Notes under the pieces: generated by a model
Database searches by the model: none
Told to the model about the DNA's origin: nothing
What the model saw: only the letters and a program-made list of their open reading frames with translations
Part shown: positions 61,197 to 64,000 of the stretch, in pieces
Position numbering within the stretch: the stretch's first letter is position 1
Layout: each line of letters opens with the position of its first letter
From: Calcarisporiella thermophila CBS 279.70
Taxonomy: Eukaryota; Fungi; Calcarisporiellomycota
Assembly: GCF_041956535.1 (NCBI RefSeq)
Contig: NW_027192192.1
Coordinates: forward strand, 87,793 to 151,792
Reading direction: 5' to 3'
DNA: 64,000 nucleotides
Made by a program: the position numbers and the translations under genes

Positions 61197-63998
61197 TTAG
61201 TACCGTGCCGCATGCATGCTTACATTGTCAGTACCCTTGGTCGACAAATAACCTTGCCATTCCTCGTCACCGCTGTCTTCGTCGTCCTCTTCCCAGTCAC
61301 CCCTGGCAGGCTCTGATTTTTGAGAAATGGAGAAGTGGTTCGTGCTCCCGTTTTCCAACACTTTCGGTGTTTCCTGTTTAGGGTGGTATCCGGTCCACTC
61401 CTCCTCTTCATCTTCTTCATCCTCCTCTTCCTTCCCTTGAATTTGATCACTTGGTTCCGCCTGAGGTCGATAGCCGGTCCATTCTTCGTCATCGTCATCG
61501 TCATCGTCGTCGTTCTCTTCTTCTTGGGGTGGTTGCACATCATTCGTATGATGTGCTTGAGCTGGGCTCTCCACCTTGTAATTGACCGAGCGATATCCCA
61601 TCCACTCCTCTTCTTCCTCTTCTTCATCGTGGGTGTTGTTTGCAAATGTGATTTCTTCGACGGGTCGCAATGTCGTCCTATTATCCAATGAGTGATAGCC
61701 AGTCCATTCTTCTTCGTCTTCCTCTATCTCTTCCTCTTTAACGTCTTCTCCCGCCCCATTGATAGGCTCCGCCTCTGCTTCCCGTGCAGCATATTCGACT
61801 GGTAATGGTTGGGTCGAAGAAAGATCCTTCATTTGACGATATCCTTTCCACTCCTCCTCCTCCGCCTCCTCGTCCTCTGCTTCTGCTTCTGCTTCTGTTT
61901 CTGCTTCTTGCTCTTCCCTCGTTGCTGGTAAAATTTCTACATTTTCAGAAGAGACCACATTGGCTTCTTCGTTGGCTTGACCATTCGATAAAGCTCGGTA
62001 TCCCTGCCACTCTTCGTCCTCATCTTCTCCATCCTGTTGCTTGGGAAGCGCCTTGCTTGCCTCTTCTATTCCGTTCGCTGATGCACTGGGTTCCCGATTC
62101 GAAAGGTTGGCGGCTACCCTATAGCCCATCCACACATCATCATTCTCCTCTTCCTCTTCAAATGCTGAAACCCTCGACGTGATGGGCAAAAGCTCGGACT
62201 CCTTCTCAAGACTTGAACTTGGTCCAGGTGAAGGCGTGGACGGCAGCTCTGGAGTGGGAGGGGCTTCTGGTACAGCAGCCTGATTTTCCGAGGCAAATTC
62301 ATTCGGCGTCACAGTCGCATCCTTGTTCTCTGCCTCGACAGGTGGCTCTGTAGAATCCGGTGCTTCTGCCACCATTTCGGTTTCGTTGGGAGTTTCGACA
62401 GGTGTAATGGCCACATCATTGGTAAGGGCGGGTGCGAGATTGTTTTGGGATGGTTCGGTAACATCGGTTGTGGTTGGTTCCACATTATCTTCCGGTTGAG
62501 TGGCATCAACATCTGTTGCTGGTGCTGGCTGGGAAGTCAGTGGAGATGGGTGTGCGGGCTCATCCTTTGGCAATGGGCTGCTCTCGGAAGCGACAGCCGA
62601 AGGGATGGAGTCGGAGTGAGAAGCCTCAATCTCCTCTTGCACGGTTTGCAAGCTCCTTTCAAATTCGGTCGGGGTGGCTAGCCGCTCAAGCGTAGCATTA
62701 GAAACGGGCTGGTTCTTGATATCTTGAACAATGGGTTTTATAGCCTCCGCCGATGTCTTCGAGGGTGAGTCATTCGGGGTGAGCGATGGCACCAAGAGAG
62801 TCTCCCCACTGCGTAGAGGTTCCACCATGATGCTCTCTTCAATAAGCTGCTTGCTCGTAAGGTAAACCCTGGACACCAGCCAATGATGCAACGCTAAGTC
62901 TCCGTCGCCCAACAGACGCAAGTCCACCGGGTCGAGCCCGTTCTCCTCAAGCAGCGAGCGAGAGGAGGAGGATGAGGAGAAGGAGCGAGTGAGATCCGGC
63001 CGAGAGCCACTTGTTCCGGCCCCACGCTGACATCGTTCCAGAAGTGAAAGTCCCTCGTTGGCCTTCATGTCTTCGAGGTGGGCCTCCATCCATGGGACTG
63101 CCAAGATTCCTTCCGAGCGCTTTACTGTCGCGCAAACCTCTGCCACTTTCTCTGCCAGCAAAGATTTGTATCTTGCATAATAGCCTTCGGGCGAAATGTA
63201 TTCTTCTAGCACCTTCAAGACTTCTCGGGTACGGCTTGGCACCCGTGACCAGAGCCGTTGCAAGCGGCGCACTTCTGGACAGGTTAGAGCTTTGCACACG
63301 GCAACAAATCCATTGAAGTCCCGGTACGAGTGCAAAAGTCGATCGGCCACTTGTACGTAGGATGTGACCAGATCTTCTGTCGGATCCAGGACTATCAGCT
63401 GGTGCGCAAGACTATGGGTGAGGAATTGGTGAAAATCCACGCACAACTTGACCCCTGCTACTTCTTCACCAGCGGTTCCGCCCTCTGCAGCAGAATACGA
63501 AGCATCGCTATGCAATGCGACTTGGGCAAACAGTCGTGCATCGATGATAGCGATTTGGCGAGCTATGGCATCAGGGCGCCACTGGCTGAATTTCTTCGCC
63601 GATGCAGCCCGAATCCAGGCACGGGTTCGCTCTTGCCGTTGTTGCTCATACTTGACTTGCTCATAGAGCCGCTTTGCTTCAGGAGAAAGGGTGGCTGGTT
63701 TTGGTTTTGTATTTACCATTGCGTTAAGCTTGCGGTCAGCCACAGAGCCTGCATGCATCGACATCAGGAGTTGGCGGACAAGGGGTGAGAGTGGGATCTG
63801 TGGAAGACGAGCATGGCGTCTAGAATGAGCATAGTCGGTTATTGAAGGGCTATGGAGGCTGCTAGTAGACGAGGGTCTGGAGAGCACGGAAGTGGGGGTC
63901 ATTGGGCGCGAAGGCGCTATAGGGGTCGATTGGAGTATTTTTTCCGATTTTTGGAGACATTCGTAGAGTTCTCGAAAGAGAGCGGCAGTTTCGTCAGG
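61197..63998 (-). CDS. Divergent RasGEF (CDC25-like) domain protein with a long acidic repeat tail; 5' end lies beyond the window
   Basis: IARQIAIIDARLFAQV, RDFNGFVAVCKALTCPEVRRLQRLWSRV, ISPEGYYARYK and VPWMEAHLEDM. The frame stays open upstream of ATG 63902 to the window end. Confidence 0.8.
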   Translation of the reverse strand, partial: PDETAALFRELYECLQKSEKILQSTPIAPSRPMTPTSVLSRPSSTSSLHSPSITDYAHSRRHARLPQIPLSPLVRQLLMSMHAGSVADRKLNAMVNTKPKPATLSPEAKRLYEQVKYEQQRQERTRAWIRAASAKKFSQWRPDAIARQIAIIDARLFAQVALHSDASYSAAEGGTAGEEVAGVKLCVDFHQFLTHSLAHQLIVLDPTEDLVTSYVQVADRLLHSYRDFNGFVAVCKALTCPEVRRLQRLWSRVPSRTREVLKVLEEYISPEGYYARYKSLLAEKVAEVCATVKRSEGILAVPWMEAHLEDMKANEGLSLLERCQRGAGTSGSRPDLTRSFSSSSSSRSLLEENGLDPVDLRLLGDGDLALHHWLVSRVYLTSKQLIEESIMVEPLRSGETLLVPSLTPNDSPSKTSAEAIKPIVQDIKNQPVSNATLERLATPTEFERSLQTVQEEIEASHSDSIPSAVASESSPLPKDEPAHPSPLTSQPAPATDVDATQPEDNVEPTTTDVTEPSQNNLAPALTNDVAITPVETPNETEMVAEAPDSTEPPVEAENKDATVTPNEFASENQAAVPEAPPTPELPSTPSPGPSSSLEKESELLPITSRVSAFEEEEENDDVWMGYRVAANLSNREPSASANGIEEASKALPKQQDGEDEDEEWQGYRALSNGQANEEANVVSSENVEILPATREEQEAETEAEAEAEDEEAEEEEWKGYRQMKDLSSTQPLPVEYAAREAEAEPINGAGEDVKEEEIEEDEEEWTGYHSLDNRTTLRPVEEITFANNTHDEEEEEEEWMGYRSVNYKVESPAQAHHTNDVQPPQEEENDDDDDDDDEEWTGYRPQAEPSDQIQGKEEEDEEDEEEEWTGYHPKQETPKVLENGSTNHFSISQKSEPARGDWEEDDEDSGDEEWQGYLSTKGTDNVSMHAARY
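61248..62141 (-). repeat. Eight dispersed acidic-W-x-G-Y peptide repeats in the RasGEF-like protein
   Basis: DDVWMGYR, EEWQGYR, EEWKGYR, EEWTGYH, EEWMGYR, EEWTGYR, EEWTGYH, EEWQGYL. Confidence 0.9.
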
Positions 63999-64000
63999 TT

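Overview
Gene-dense, intron-containing eukaryotic DNA, almost certainly fungal. Short GT-AG introns and the gene content (p80-type Ctr, PANK4-type fusion, YcnI) suggest an early-diverging lineage; this is inference. Housekeeping genes: ZNF207/BuGZ-like, RPL14, NUP82/88, a histidine phosphatase, a pantothenate kinase-DUF89 fusion, RPL7, DIS3, VPS11, an omega-class GST, a FYVE protein, an RTG3-like bHLH-ZIP factor and mitochondrial uS7. The main hunt result is a putative copper-acquisition cluster at 40.1-47.4 kb. It contains a Ctr transporter with a Cys/Met-rich ectodomain, a divergently transcribed GPI-type copy of that ectodomain, a bacterial-type YcnI (DUF1775) N-terminal-His protein with a GPI-type tail, and a DOMON-cytochrome b561 reductase. 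Other notable items: a 40-aa single-C2H2-finger microprotein missed by the ORF track (58503-58625, -); two intronic C/D snoRNAs (snR39/59-like in RPL7, one unassigned in RPL14); an accessory island at 26.5-30.4 kb with three copies of an orphan gene and two inverted CACTA-transposase relics; a bacterial-type GH2-malectin enzyme with a membrane anchor; a 26-unit high-identity ankyrin array; and a RasGEF-like protein with eight acidic-W-x-G-Y repeats. All family assignments come from manual motif recognition, not database searches, and exon boundaries were read by eye.
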